From contig NC_083239.1 of assembly GCF_032191835.1 (NCBI RefSeq), forward strand, positions 52,886,001 to 52,950,000: a stretch of 64,000 bases of DNA, written 5' to 3'. The notes below the pieces were generated by a model. It saw nothing but the letters and a program-made list of their open reading frames with translations. It ran no database searches and was not told where the DNA came from. Of the stretch, positions 1 through 12,028 are shown one piece after another. The stretch comes from Heteronotia binoei (lineage: Eukaryota). Within the stretch, counting starts at the first letter, position 1; the number at the start of each line of letters is the position of its first letter. The translations under genes were made by a program, and so were the position numbers.

Positions 1-330
1 AGAACCGGGTTTGATTCCCCACTCCTCCACTTGCACCTCCTGGAAAGGCCTTGGGTCAGCCATAGCTCTGGCAGAGGTTGTCCTTGAAAGGGCAGACTCT
101 TATCTGGGAGAACCAGGTTTGATTCCCCACTTGCAGCTGCCGGAATGGCCTTGGGTCAGCCATAGCTCTGGCAGAGGTTGTCCTTGAAAGGGCAGCTGCT
201 GTGAGAGCCCTCTCCAGCCTCACCCATCTCACAGGGTGTCTGTTGTGGGGGGGAGAGGTGAAGGAGATTGTGACCGTTCTGAGATTCAGAGTATAGGGCG
301 GGATATAAATTCAATATCATCATCTTTTTA
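1..330 (+). mobile_element. MIR/Ther1-derived SINE (Squam3-like) with an internal duplication
   Basis: gggtttgattccccactcc..ccttgggtcagcc..cctcacagggtgtctgttgtgggg..ataaattcaatatcatcatc. The segment ccttgggtcagccatagctctggcagaggttgtccttgaaagggcag occurs twice. Confidence 0.75.
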
Positions 331-699
331 TTTCCCCTTCTCTTTCTCCCTCCCTTCCCCTTTGGCGATTCTTTCTCAGAGTGAGTCACCACATTAGACT
401 CTGCCTCCTTTGGCAGCCATTTTGGGATGATGTTGGTCACTTCTTAGAATTCCAAAGGGTCCCACAGGCTCAAAAAGTTTAGGGATTTCCGCTTTGGTCC
501 TTCACAGCTCATATCTCCCTGTTCTGAAACTGGACATGAAGCTAATGCTGATCTTAGGACGGTGATGGGATTTTCTGTCCTCCCAGGGACCAAACCCAAA
601 GAAAAGGAAGAGACTCAAGAATCAGCCTTAATACAAGCCCATGTTCCTTCAAAATCCCATATATTTCTGTTAGTAAAAGGATTAAGTGCTTTTCTGAAC

Positions 700-1213
700 T
701 AGGGTTGCCAAGTCCACTTCAAGAAATAACTGGGGATTTTGGGGGTGGAGCCAGGAGACTTTGGGGTAGAGCCAAGAATATTGGGGGTGGAGCCAGGAGC
801 AAGGGTGTGACAAGCGTAATTGAATTCCAAAGGGAATTCTGGCCATCACATTTAAAGGGACCGCACACCTTTTAAATGTCTTCCTTCTATGGGAAATAAT
901 GAAGGATAGGGGCACCTTCTTTTAGGGCTCCTAGAATTAGACCTCTTGGTCCAATCTTTTTGAAACTTGGAGGGTATTTTGGGGGGAGGCACTGGATGCT
1001 ATGCTGCAAATGTGGTGCCTCTACCTAAAAAAACAGCCCCCCAGATACCCATGGATCAATTCTCCATTATACCCTGAGAATCAGTCTCCATAGGGAATAA
1101 CGGGGTGCCCAGCAGATATTCCCCTCCCCCCCACTTTCTGATGACCCTGAAGCGGGGGGAGGTCCTCCAACCCCGGGGGATCCCCTGCCCCCACCTGGGG
1201 ATTGGCAACCCTG
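700..1213 (+). mobile_element. Non-autonomous hAT-type DNA transposon (TAGGGTTGCCA termini)
   Basis: Terminal inverted repeats and a perfect 8-bp TSD, TTCTGAAC (692-699 and 1214-1221). Confidence 0.85.
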
Positions 1214-1473
1214 TTCTGAACTGAGAGCTTAAACTTTGGGAAAATGTAGCCGATTGGGAAGGGGGGGGGCAGTTCTTTTCCCCTCTGGCTCCAACTGGCT
1301 CGTTGCAGTGTTAACTTCTGGGATCATCTGATTGCAAGAATCAACCAGATTGTATTGTAAGCCCCACAATAGCAAGATCAGACCTACATCTGCCAAAACC
1401 CCCAAGGGAAAACAGGATCTGAGCGCTCCCCCTGCAGGGTTGGATGATTCTGACGGGGAATGACCATGCTTAC

Positions 1474-1605
1474 CTTTGACTTTTTCCAAGAGGATTTTCT
1501 TGTTCCGTCCCCATGGGGCATAAAACCCCACCGTTGCGGGGAGGGCAACATGATGTAGAGTTTCCGCCAAGGCTTCACAGTAAATGTCTTCGTTGGTCTT
1601 TTGGT
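1474..1605 (-). CDS. NKPD1: NKPD1-like paralog 1, 132-nt internal exon carrying the Walker A region; downstream exons lie left of the window
   Basis: Encodes DQKTNEDIYCEALAETLHHVALPATVGFYAPWGRNKKILLEKVK. Acceptor aaag|ac, donor aaag|gtaagc, phase 1-1. Same length and phase as the 21048-21179 exon. Matches the NKPD1 motif EDDxYCxxLAxxLxxVxxPxTVGFYAPxG. Confidence 0.85.
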
Positions 1606-1667
1606 CTTTCGTGGCGCAAAACAGGGCAGAATTTGGAGGAGGAGAAAAGTTGCATTGAACGTAAGAG

Positions 1668-2151
1668 TAGGATTGCCAAGTCCAATTCAAGAAATATCCG
1701 GGGACTTGGAGGGTGGAGCCAGGAGACTTTGGGGGTGGAGCCAGGAGACATTGGGGCGGAGCCGGGAGCAAGGTTGTGACAAGCATCATTGAACTCCAAA
1801 GGCCATCACATTTAAGGGAATAGCACATCTATCAAATGCCTTCTCTCCTTTGGAAATAATGGACCTTCTTTGGGGGCTCATAGAATTGGATCCCCTGGTC
1901 CAATCCTTTTGACACTTGGAGGGTATTTGGAGAGAGGCCCTGGATGCTACGCTGAAAACTGAAAACTTGGCACCTCTATCTCAAAAAACAGCTCTCCTAG
2001 AGCCCCAGATACCCGCAGATCAATTCTCCATAGGGAATAACAGAGTGCCCAGCAGATATCCCCCCCCCCCCGCTTTCTGATCCCCCTGAAGCGGGAGGAG
2101 GGCCTCCAAACCAGGGGATCCCCTGCCCCCACCTGGGGATTGGCAACCCTA
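1668..2151 (+). mobile_element. Second copy of the same hAT-type element
   Basis: Same internal sequence as 700-1213. TSD cgtaagag/cataagag. Confidence 0.85.
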
Positions 2152-2942
2152 CATAAGAGGCTCACAAACTAGGAGGGATAGCAGAAGAGCCATCATTGAT
2201 TCTCCAAGGAATTTTTTAAGCATGGGAACCCAATTCGGATTGCGGCAGGGTGTGTGTGGTGTGTGTGTGCTGTGATGTGATGTGGAGCTATAAGGCACAT
2301 CAGGGAGTTCCTGGTATCCAGACAGCCAGTGTTCCCTCTAAGCTGAGCTAGTGTGAGCCTGCAGCTCGCACAGTTTTGTCTCAGCTCAGGAAAAATGGCC
2401 CCAGAGCAAACTAATTTATGCAGCGGCTCAGAACTGTAATGCCAGGAGCTCACAAAGCGGAATTTCTGCTCACAAGACTCCACACCTTCGAGGGAACGTT
2501 GCTAACAGCTATTTGTTTTCCTTGGGAAGAGAGCCAAAAAAATGCGCCCTGAGGTCTGGGAGAGCGGAGATGCATTTAATCAAAGAGATAATTGTCTCTA
2601 ATCGCCAGTGAAGGCAAGTTGGCAGTGAAAGCTGTTGTCAAACACGATCCATCTGGGTATCGTGTGGGATGTGCATCCTCGATTGATGGGGAAATTGGGG
2701 CGCGCGTTCCTGCGTGGGAGTGAATTCCCTGGAACTGGATTGGGTAAGAGGCTTCGCACCTTCCAAGCCAGGAAGGGTTAAAAAGATGGGTAGCATCCAT
2801 GAGGCTTTGTGTAAATGCTGGGAAGCAAGTACCACTGCCTGGATCAGGTGGGGATTATCTTGTTTTGCGTCCATTTGTTTTGCGGGCATCCAGGGGCTAT
2901 TCAAGAAGTAACTCTTCAGCATTGCACTAAGTTTAGCTTAGT

Positions 2943-3245
2943 GCAGGGGCGGCCAAACTGTGGCTCGGGAGCCACATGTGGCTCTTTCATACATATTGTG
3001 TGGCTCTCGAAGTCCCTGCCGCCCCGTCAGCTGGCTTGGAGAAGGCATTTGTCTCTTTCAATCACTTCTCCAACCTAAGTCAGCTGCTGGCTTGGACCGC
3101 ATTTAAAGTTGCTTTCTTTCCACTTCTCCCTCCTCTCCCTCCCCATCTATTTCCCTCCCTCCCTCCCTCGCAGCTCTCAAACATCTGACCTTCATGTCTT
3201 GCGACTCTCAGACATGGGATGTTTATTCTATGTGGCTGTGGTTTG
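2943..3245 (+). mobile_element. hAT/Charlie-like MITE (caggggtggccaaact family); other copies near 17150-17480, 39890-40235, 41730-42070 and 60281-60480
   Basis: Shared ggccaaactgtggctc..gagccac..gcagctctcaaacatctga body with CAGGGG-type termini. Confidence 0.7.
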
Positions 3246-3690
3246 CTCTGTGTGGCCACCCCGATCTACACCTTGTGGCTAATAGCCACTCATGGACCTC
3301 TGCTCCATCTGTTAATCCAATCCCCTCTTGAAGTTTTTTATGCTTGCGGCTGCCACCATTTCCTGCAGCAGTGAAATCCGCAGGTTCATTACTCTTTTGG
3401 GTGAAGAAGGGCTTCCTTTTCTCTGTTCTAAACCTACTGCTTGTTAATTTCATTGAGTGTCCTCGAGTTCTTGTATTTTGAGAAAGGGAGAGAAGTACTT
3501 CTTTCTCTGCTTTCTTTATTCCTCGCATAATTTTGTAAACCTCTTATGTCACCTCTCGATCGTCGTCTCCCCAAGCTAAAGACCTCTTTACCCTTTTCTT
3601 CGTAGGCATTCCATCCCCTTAATCATTTCAGTTGCAATTTCACACCTTTCCCAATGCTATAATATGCTTTTTGAGGTGCGAAAGTACAGC
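3205..3690 (-). mobile_element. CR1 LINE 3' fragment
   Basis: Translates to EKEVLLSLSQNTRTRGHSMKL..FFTQ, the CR1 ORF2 C-terminus. Confidence 0.8.
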
Positions 3691-3718
3691 AGCTCGGTTT
3701 GGTAATGATTTTACAGAC

Positions 3719-3776
3719 CCGCGTCATCTTCGCCCACGGTTGCCATGTGGAGGATAGCGTCGTTTGCCTGATTCAT
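3719..3776 (-). CDS. Candidate first coding exon of NKPD1-like paralog 1 (MNQANDAILHMATVGEDDA)
   Basis: ATG preceded by gccaccaaa. Phase-1 donor g|gtctgt is compatible with the phase-1 acceptor at 1605. No homology support. Confidence 0.25.
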
Positions 3777-4092
3777 TTTGGTGGCGTCCGAACAGGCCAA
3801 GCCCTCCAACTTCCAGACTCTGCCAGAGATAGACGTGAAGGCGCAACTGATTTCCCTAGAGAAAGTCGGGGGTATAAATGAATAAAATAAATAAAAACTA
3901 ATTTGTCCGCTCCAGATAGGAGAAACTGTTTCAACTTACACGGTGGGAAGCAAACGTGTGAGTTCCTGCAGAAACAGCCGGATCAGAACCATCACAGATA
4001 CTGACTCACATGTCAGAAAGTGGTTTGGGTGATATATGTATGCTGTGTAGTGCAATCTGGCCATCTGCTCCATTGAGGTAGTGAGGAACTGA

Positions 4093-4752
4093 TGAACGTA
4101 TGAAGCTGCCTTCTACTGAATCAGACTCTCTTTGGTCCATCAAAGTCAGTCTTGTCTACTCAGACCGGCAGCGGCTCTCCAGGGTATCAAGCTGAGGTTT
4201 TTCACGCCTACTTGCCTGGACCCCTTTTAGTTGGGGATGCCGGAGATTGAACCTGGGACCTTCTGCTTACCAAGTAGATGCTCTACCGCTGAGCCACCCT
4301 CAGGAAGGAAGGAACATATGAAGCTGTCTTCTACGGAATCAGACCCTCGGTCCATCAAAGTCAGTCTTGTCTACTCAGACTGACTGGGGAGGGACGGTGG
4401 CTCAGTAGTAGAGCATCTGCTTGGGAAGCAGAAGGTCCCAGGTTCAATCCCTGGCATCTCCAAAAAAGGGTCCAGGCAAATAGGTGTGAAAAACCTCAGC
4501 TTGAGACCCTGGAGAGCCGCTGCCAGTCTGAGAAGACAATACTGACTTTGATGGACCAAGGAGGGTCTGATTCAGTATAAGGCAGCTTCATATCATCATA
4601 TGTTCATTGACTGGCAGCGGCTCTCCAGGGTCACAAGTTGAGATTTTTCACACCTACTTGCCTGGACCCTTTTTAGTTGGAGATGCTGGGGATTGAACCT
4701 GGGACCTTCTGCTTCCCAAGCAGATGCTCTACCACTGAGCCACCTTCCCTCC
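4093..4752. mobile_element. Cluster of tRNA-headed SINEs (three copies, mixed orientation); further copies at 25580-25785 and 44635-44830
   Basis: A-box/B-box head ggctcagtggtagagcatctgct..ggttcaatccctggcatctcca and common tail gatggacc..ctgattcagtataaggcagcttcatatg. Confidence 0.8.
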
Positions 4753-4837
4753 CCATTGATATTGATATGCAATTGATATTGGGCACCATTAATGGCATCA
4801 GTTCATAAGCAAGCCAATAAGTAATTATTGTGGCCAT

Positions 4838-5115
4838 AAAGGTAAAAGGTAGTCCCCTGTGCAAGCTCCAGTCGTTTCCGACTCTGGGGTAACGTTGCTT
4901 TCACAACGTTTTCATGGCAGACTTTTGACGGGGTGGTTTGCCATTGCCTTTCCCCAGCCAGCTGAGTACTCGTTTTACCGACCTCGGAAGGATGGAAGGC
5001 TGAGTCAACCATGAGCCAGCCACCTGAACCCAGCTTCCGCTGGGATCGAACTCAGATCACAAGCAGAGCATGGACTGCAGTATGGCAGGTTACGACTCTG
5101 TGCCACGGGGCTCTT
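4838..5115 (-). mobile_element. Sauria-type SINE with RTE-like tail; further copies at 41030-41322, 50330-50765 and 55333-55600
   Basis: Ends in cagagtcggaaacgactggtgcttgcacaggggactacctttacc, with the (ACCTTT)n-type tail known from Sauria SINEs. Confidence 0.75.
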
Positions 5116-5624
5116 TATTGTGGCCATAGGTCATGACAAAATCTAGCATGATTCTCAAAGAGGAAAAGTCACATCATAAACTTAGAATCCTAGAGTTGTA
5201 AGGGACCTCCAGGGTCATCTAGTCCAACCCCCTGTACAATGCAGGAAACTCGCAAATACCTCCCCCTAAATTCACAGGATCTTCATTGCTGTCAGGTGGC
5301 CATCCAGCCTCTGCTTAAAAACCTCAAAGGAAGGAGAGCCCACCACCTCCCGAGGAAGCCTGTTCCACTGAGGAACTGCTCTAACTGCATTGTTTAAAAG
5401 TGACCATGTGTTGTTAATGCAGTGAAACCCTCAAGTCATTAAAACCCTTTTTGTCTGACTAAATTGAAGTATTAATGCAGGGGGAATCTAAAGTGGGTTT
5501 TTCTTGGGGGGGGGGGAGGTGCAATTGATGTAGCTGTACCACTTCTGAAGCAAAAAAAGGCTATTTTAAAAATTGTCCTCTTTCTGTTTTGGGGAAAACG
5601 TTGTTTTTGCTTGATTGAAGAAGA

Positions 5625-5900
5625 AGAAAAAGAAGAAGAAGATATTGAATTTATATCCCGCCCTCCACTCCGAAGAGTCTCAGAGCGGCTCACAATCTCC
5701 TTTCCCTTCCTCCCCCACAACAGACACCCTGTGAGGCGGGTGGGGCTGAGAGAGCTCTCCCAGCAGCTGCCCTTTCAAGGACAACTCTGCGAGAGCTATG
5801 GCTGACCCAAGGCCATTCCGGCAGCTGGAAGTGGAGGAGTGGGGGAATCAACCTGGTTCTCCCAGATAAGAGTCCGCACACTTCACCACTACACCAAACT
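5625..5900 (-). mobile_element. Squam3-like SINE; further single copies at 23805-24062, 24825-25105, 34905-35198, 46250-46515 and 55025-55295
   Basis: Full head-to-(CTT)n-tail match to the family at 1-330. Confidence 0.8.
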
Positions 5901-6654
5901 GTCTCGCCTGGTGGACCGATGGGCTGGTCTTGTATGAACATGGAAATCACTTTCTCGGTCCCGCATAGATAAAACAGAAGACCTCTTTGGCTCCACAGAA
6001 TGCAGGGCATATCCCTCTCCGCTCACTGAAAAACTTCTGAAGGCTTTTGTTCAAATCTGAGGCAAAGCCTGTCCTTACCAGACATTTTTGTGACGTTCTT
6101 AACCAGTTTGTCTCAGTCTATCCCAATGACTTCGAGCCAATCTCATGTCCCACATCTGAGGCGGACTGTGTTGGATTCCTACATCTCAAGGAATACAAAA
6201 TAGTTTTATAAGATAATCCCTCCCTTCCCTTTCACTGCTTTTTTAAAAACTTCCTAGGAAGTGGTTCCTTTCCCCTCCAGCAATTGTCACTACTGTCAAC
6301 GTCTTTTCATCTCACAGAATTTTTGTTCGGGTGGAATATTTGAAACTTAACTGCTTGTATAACTTCTCTCTCTTCTTCCCTGCTTATGTGACCTGCCCCG
6401 CCCACCCCTCCGGTTCCTTTTGGAGTATTATTTCAATTTGCGGTAATATTCTCTCTCCCCCAAGGAATGCTTTGGAATTCAGCCTCTTTCCTCTCTTGCA
6501 GTTTCTCCAACTGTCATTTTCAACAGTCTCTCACCTGCCATTCCGGCCCCTTCGTTCACTGTCGTGGCCTTTACCTGCATTCTGGAAGGCAGGATAAGTT
6601 AAAAAAAAATACTAAAAGAAACATTTTCTTTTGTCTGGAAGCCAGCCTGCACTG

Positions 6655-7495
6655 GAGTAAGCAGTGAAGTGGCCAAGTTTGCGGATGACTAAATTCTTCA
6701 GGGTGGTGAGAAGCAGAGAGGATTGTGAGGAACTCCAAAGGGTTCTGTTGAGGCTGGGTGAGTGGGCGTCAACGTGGCAGATGCGGTTCAATGTGGCCAA
6801 GTGCAAAGTCTTGGCACATTGGGGCCAAGAATCCCAGCTACAAATACAAGTTGATGGGATGTGAACTGGCAGAGTCTGACCAAGAGAGAGATCTTGGGGT
6901 CGTGGTAGAGAACTCACTGAAAATGTCAAGACAGTGTGCGTTTGCAATAAAAAAGGCCAACGCCATGCTGGGAATTATTAGGAAGGGAATTGAAAACAAA
7001 TCAGCCAGTATCATATTGCCCCTGTATAAATCGATGGTGTGGTCTCATTTGGAATACTGTGTACAATTCTGGTCACCGCACCTCAAAAAGGATATTATAG
7101 CATTGGAAAAAGTGCAGAAAAGGGCAACTAGAATGATTAAAGGGTTGGAACCTTTTCCCTATGAAGAAAGGTTAAAACGTTTGGGCTCTTTAGCTTGGAG
7201 AAACGTCGACTGCGGGGTGACATGATAGAGGTTTACAAGACTATGCATGGGATGGAGAAAGTAGAGAAAGAGGTCCTTTTCTCCCTTTCTCACAATACAA
7301 GAACTCGTGGGCATTCGATGAAATTACTGAGCAGTCAGGTTAAAACGGATAAAAGGAAGTACTTCTTCACCCAAAGGCTGATTAACACGTGGAATTCACT
7401 GCCACACGAGGTGGTAGCGACTACAAGCGTAGCCAGCTTTAAGAGGGGATTGGATAAAAATATGGAGCAGAGGTCCATCAGTGGCTATTAGCCAC
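6655..7495 (+). mobile_element. CR1 LINE, 5'-truncated (RT C-terminus to 3' end)
   Basis: KFADDTK-region remnant, QWQMRFNVAKCKV, ERDLGVVV, HLEYCVQFWSPHLKKD, RLRGDMIEVYK. Contains frameshifts. Confidence 0.9.
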
Positions 7496-7523
7496 AGTAT
7501 ATATGTTTGTGTGTGTATATATA

Positions 7524-7556
<33 letters not shown>

Positions 7557-7984
7557 CTGCTGGGGGGGGGAGCCAGCCTGGGGCTCCTAAAGGCATGGGG
7601 GCCTCTAGGCCAGTGCCTTCTTGGCCTAATTGTTAATCCGGCCCTGATTGCTATTGGAAACCAGTAGTCATCAGTGTGGGACCTATTTTTTGGGCTCCAC
7701 AGGACACAGTGCTATCCACACACACACCCCACACACACACCCTGCATTCTCTATGGCTGCAAGGAGTCTGATTGCACTGATATATAGCTCTAGCACTTTG
7801 CTGCCGAAGCACTCCTTTCGTGCATGGAATGTCTTTGTGAATGAAAATATCAGATATCTATTTGCGATTGAATATGTTTCAGTATTTGAAAGATTGAATC
7901 TTGTGAGTGTGGGTGTTATGAGAGAGATGAACTTCACCTGGTGTATCACCCCGACATTATGATTGTACTTGTATTGTACTTCTA

Positions 7985-8420
7985 TTGGTTAAAACGCTTG
8001 GGGCTCTTTAACTTGGAGAAACGTCGACTGCGGGGTGACATGATAGAAGTTGACAAGATTATGCATGGGATGGAGAAAGCAGAGAAAGAAGTCCTTTTCT
8101 CCCTTTCTCACAATACAAGAACTCGTGGGCATTCGATGAAATTGCTGAGCAGTCGGGTTAGAATGGATCAAAGGAAGTCCTTCTTCACCCAAAGGGTGAT
8201 TAACATGTGGAATTCACTGCCACAGGAGGTGATGGCAGCTGCAAGCACAGACAACTTCAAGAGGGGGTTAGATAAAAATATGGAGCAGAGGTCCATCAGT
8301 GGCTATTAGCCACAGTGTGTATATATATATAAAAAAATTTTGGCCACTGTGTGACACAGAGTGTTGGACTGGATGGGCCATTGGCCTGATCCAATATGGC
8401 TTCTCTTATGTTCTTATGTG
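7985..8420 (+). mobile_element. CR1 3' fragment; similar short copies at 13150-13410, 20585-20760 and 60495-61080
   Basis: KRLGLFNLEKRRLRGDMIEV..WNSLPQEV..QRSISGY plus the 3' tail ccaacatggcttctcttatgttctt. Confidence 0.85.
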
Positions 8421-8518
8421 ATGTCAACCTAATTGTTTATTGGGATTGCAATTTAAAAAGACCAAAAAAAATCATTTAGAAAATTAATAGTTTGCATTTG
8501 TTATATATATATATATAT

Positions 8519-8654
8519 CAGGGGTGGCCAACGGTAGCTCTCCAGATGTTTTTTGCCTACAACTCCCATCAGCCCCAGCCAGCACAGCTGATGGCTGGGG
8601 CTGATGGGAGTTGTAGGCAAAAAACATCTGGAGAGCTACCGTTGGCCACCCCTG
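8519..8654. mobile_element. 136-bp near-perfectly palindromic hAT-type MITE
   Basis: caggggtggccaacggtagctctccagatgttttttgcctacaactcccatcagcccc and its reverse complement. 8-bp TSD atatatat. Confidence 0.85.
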
Positions 8655-8791
8655 ATATATATCATAGTGATATATATATATATCATATATATATCATAGT
8701 GATATATATCATCTGGGGGTCGGCAACCTAGTCTAATGGATCTCCCGTGAAGAGCCAACATACAGCACCGTGAGCAGAAGACGTACTTAAA

Positions 8792-9353
8792 CACGGTGTC
8801 AAACACATTTGGATCTGACTTAAATGAGACCTTGTTGGGCGAGGCCTGGCCATGTCGGGCTGGGCCGTGTGTGTTCCTATTTAGGATTCGGTAGTAGAGA
8901 TATAAACTTTTTAAAGGAGACAGACTTAACATGACTAAAGATTTTTTCAAAAAAAACCACCTTCAAATAAAACATGCTTGCAACATTAGCACTTGCTGGT
9001 CTTGAAGGTGCTTTCTTTGTATTTCTCTCGTGGGATCCAGGGAACTGGGCAAAGGAAGCTCTGGCTTTTTCCCTCCCTGCCCAGGGGACCAGGAGAGGGA
9101 GGAGACTCAAACAATGGAGAAAATCTGAGGTTTTGCTCTGTAGCTCCTGTGCGATTGAGCAAGCCTTGCAAAGCAAGCTGAGATGCAGAAGGAAGCAAGA
9201 GAGAGGGAGAAGGAAGCAAGAGAGAGGGACAAGGAAGCAAGAGAGAGGGACAAGGAAGCAAGAGAGAGGGACAAGGAAGCAAGACAAGAACCAGTTGTTC
9301 AGAGTCCTCCGGGGGCCTGATTCGCCTCCCGGGCCGCATGTTTGACACCCCTG
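8792..9353 (+). mobile_element. hAT-type MITE (gtgtcaaac termini) with an internal 21-bp tandem repeat at about 9190-9285
   Basis: cacggtgtcaaaca..tgtttgacacccctg. Unit aaggaagcaagagagagggac, about 4 copies. Confidence 0.75.
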
Positions 9354-10029
9354 ATGTACTAGATAGATAAAGCTATTGAACTCATGGCTCAGGCTTAATT
9401 GTGCTGTTATGTTTAGTGGTGTTGGGCAGTTCCTCCTCCCCCCCTCTCTTTTTTTTGGGGGGGGGGGGGTAAAAGCATTTCAAATAAAGCAGCCCAGCTA
9501 TGCTCTGCTCCTGACAACCGGGGACGACTGGAGGCTTAATTGGCAGCTTTAAAAAAACAACCACCGCAACCCACGCACAACAGGGATTACCCACAAAACA
9601 CTTAGCCAAAAGCATCCAGGTTGGCTTTTCTGACAGCATCACGAAACCGCAGCTATCCTGTCTTCAGGCCCTCAAGCCAAAGGAGATAACCAACCGCAGC
9701 CTTGGGGCAGCTTCCCTTTCGTAAAGCGTCCTAACAAGGATGTAATTAAATCCGAGGCGCCGCTAATCATCGTTCTTCCAAGCTGCATGAGGATCAACGC
9801 CAAGAACACTGCTGACTTAAGCCACTGACTGCCTCACCGCTGCGTAATTTCGTACCAGCCAGGTAGTCTGAAGAACAGCACTTTAAAGATGCCATCAGGG
9901 TTTGCAATCTTTTTTTAATGTAACCGATTTTATATATATGTCTTTTTTAATGTGGCACATCACCCAGAGCCTGGCACTAGCTGGGAGAGGGCAATTCATC
10001 AAAAGTAAATAATAATAATTAATAATAAA

Positions 10030-10210
10030 TCTGGGCTTTTTGGTAGCAGGAACTCCTTTGCATATTAGGCCACACCCCTCTGATGTAGCCATTCCTCCTG
10101 GAGCTTACAGGAGACCCTGTACGAAGAGACCTCTAAGCTCTTGGAGGATTGGCTACATCAGAGGGGTGTGGCCTAATATGCAAAGGAGTTCCTGCTACAA
10201 AAAAAGCCCA
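10030..10210. mobile_element. Palindromic MITE (gggcttttt..gtagcaggaactcctttgcatattaggcc); copies at 25378-25566 and 25995-26165, partial at 22680-22795
   Basis: Long inverted arms ending in aaaaaagccc. Confidence 0.7.
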
Positions 10211-10777
10211 GCAGATAGCGTATTGCAAGCTTTTCCTTTTCTCTCTCTCGCTCTCTCTCAAAAAAAGGATATAATATTTCAACGAGATTCAAATCCAATT
10301 GCACTTCAAGAGCCCAGCAAAATTTTCAGGGAATGAGCTTCCAAGAGTGCAAGCTTCCTTTATCTGGGCTTGCCAACCTCCAGGTGGTAGCTGGAGATCT
10401 CTCAAAAACTACCATTGCTCTCCAGACAAGACCAGTTCCTCTGGGGAGAAATGGCTGCTTTGGAGAGTGGACACTGTGGCATTACGCTCTGCAGAGAGTC
10501 TCTTCCCTCCTCAAACTCCCACTTTTCCCAGGCTCCGCCCCTCAAATCTCCAGAAACTTCCCAACCTGAAGTTGGCAACCCAGTGCTTCATCATAGCTCA
10601 TGGAAGAAGCTATGACTGTCTGTGAGGAGCAACTGGACTCAAATAGACCGTCACAGTTACCCGCAGAAAAAAATGTTTTTTTCAAGAAGCTGCTCATTTC
10701 AAAGCCCCAAAGCATTCGATTAATATTTGGACCGGCAAGATTAAATCTAAATGTATCCCATTTATTCCATAAATAAA

Positions 10778-11077
10778 GGAAAGGAAAGGTCCCCTGTGCA
10801 AGCACCAGTCGTTTCCGACTCTGGGGTGACATTGCTTTCACAACATTTTTATGGTAGACTTTTGACGGGGTGGTTTGCCATTGCCTTCCCCAGTCTTTTA
10901 CACTTTCCCCCCAGCAAGCTGGGGACTCATCTGACTGACCTCGGAAGGATGGAAGGCTGAGTAAACCTTGGGCTGGCTACCTGAATCCAGCTTCCGCCGG
11001 AATCAAACTCAGGTCGTGAGCAGAGAGTTCAGATCACAGTACTGCTGCTTTACCACTCTCCGCCATGGGGCCACACT
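10778..11077 (-). mobile_element. Sauria-type SINE with 10-bp TSD
   Basis: cataaataaa at 10768-10777 and 11078-11087. Confidence 0.85.
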
Positions 11078-11191
11078 CATAAATAAAACATGCACGTTAT
11101 TTGAGTCCTCCAGTTTCAGAAGAAGGTTGAGGATTCCCACAGATGCTGTGCAGAGAGCAAGCGTCAGAACCAGACACTTGGCCAGCTCGAC

Positions 11192-11545
11192 TCATCGAAT
11201 TTTGCAGCTACAGCAACTCCAGTTCTCGCTTTGGCCCCTGCTATCCATTCTGGCACGCGCTCCAGAGGCTTTGACCCAAATCGTCAGTGAAGATTTTCCC
11301 TGGAAATATTCATGGACAACTGGCTGGCTGGGGAAGGGAAGGGCCATGGAAGGGAAGGAACCCTGCGAGAGAACCAAGCCAAAGAAATACACACTGAAGG
11401 TCATCCATTCCCCCAGGCCCATCCCCAGGGCCTCTTGGATTTCATTTCTGTCGCTAAAAGCCAAGGCCCTGCCGCTCAAATCGTGATCCTTCAGCCTCGC
11501 TTTATACTGCTGGGCATTTTCCTCCTTCAAGCCCAGTTTGTCCAT
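11192..11545 (-). CDS. NKPD1: NKPD1-like paralog 2, distal copy of the terminal SAM-like exon (117 aa plus stop)
   Basis: Acceptor ttttgcttttggtctttctgcag|ATG, phase 0. MDKLGLKEENAQQYKARLKDHDLSGRALAFSDRNEIQEALGMGLGEWMTFSVYFF is open and resembles the KIDINS220 SAM-like segment (..NINGRVL..ELKKEMNMNFGDW..F). Confidence 0.65.
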   Translation of the reverse strand: MDKLGLKEENAQQYKARLKDHDLSGRALAFSDRNEIQEALGMGLGEWMTFSVYFFGLVLSQGSFPSMALPFPSQPVVHEYFQGKSSLTIWVKASGARARMDSRGQSENWSCCSCKIR

Positions 11546-11893
11546 CTGCAGAAAGACCAAAAGCAAAAGGTGGGAACAGACAACTGCATCCCATGCGCTG
11601 CAAGCGCTTTAAATCATCCCTCACAGAGGACTGGGAATTGATGGGCTGAAACCAGCTGGTGGATTATACTAAACGTCTGTATCATCCCAGGACCCAGAAT
11701 TGGATGCCAACCTCCAACTGGGGCTTGGGTATCTCCCGGAATTACGACTGACCCACAGACTACAGAGATCAGCTCTCCTAGAGAAAATGCGCTGCTTGAA
11801 AGGCACTACGGTGCAATTAGTAGACTGATCAAAGCCACCAAGTATTACACCGTCGTTCAGTTTGCAAAAATATATTACAAGGATTGTGTACAG

Positions 11894-12028
11894 CAGGGGT
11901 GGCCAACGGTAGCCCTCAGATGTTTTTTGCCTACAACTCCCATCAGCCCCAGCCATTGGCCATGCTGGCTGGGGCTGATGGGAGTTGTAGGCAAAAAACA
12001 TCTGGAGAACTACCGTTGGCCACCCTTG
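11894..12028. mobile_element. Palindromic hAT MITE (same family as 8519)
   Basis: TSD gtgtacag/ctgtacag. Confidence 0.85.

Noticed and set aside
4386-4462. tRNA-Ala-like sequence (also at 25580 and 44635)
   Set aside because: It is the head of a SINE: it continues into the family body and tail, and the anticodon arm and acceptor stem are not intact.
9600-9880. Conserved block shared with 13700-13970 as a possible extra coding exon
   Set aside because: The frames are not conserved between the copies (frameshift and different stops) and the block lies downstream of the SAM-exon stops. It is better explained as duplicated 3' UTR or flank.
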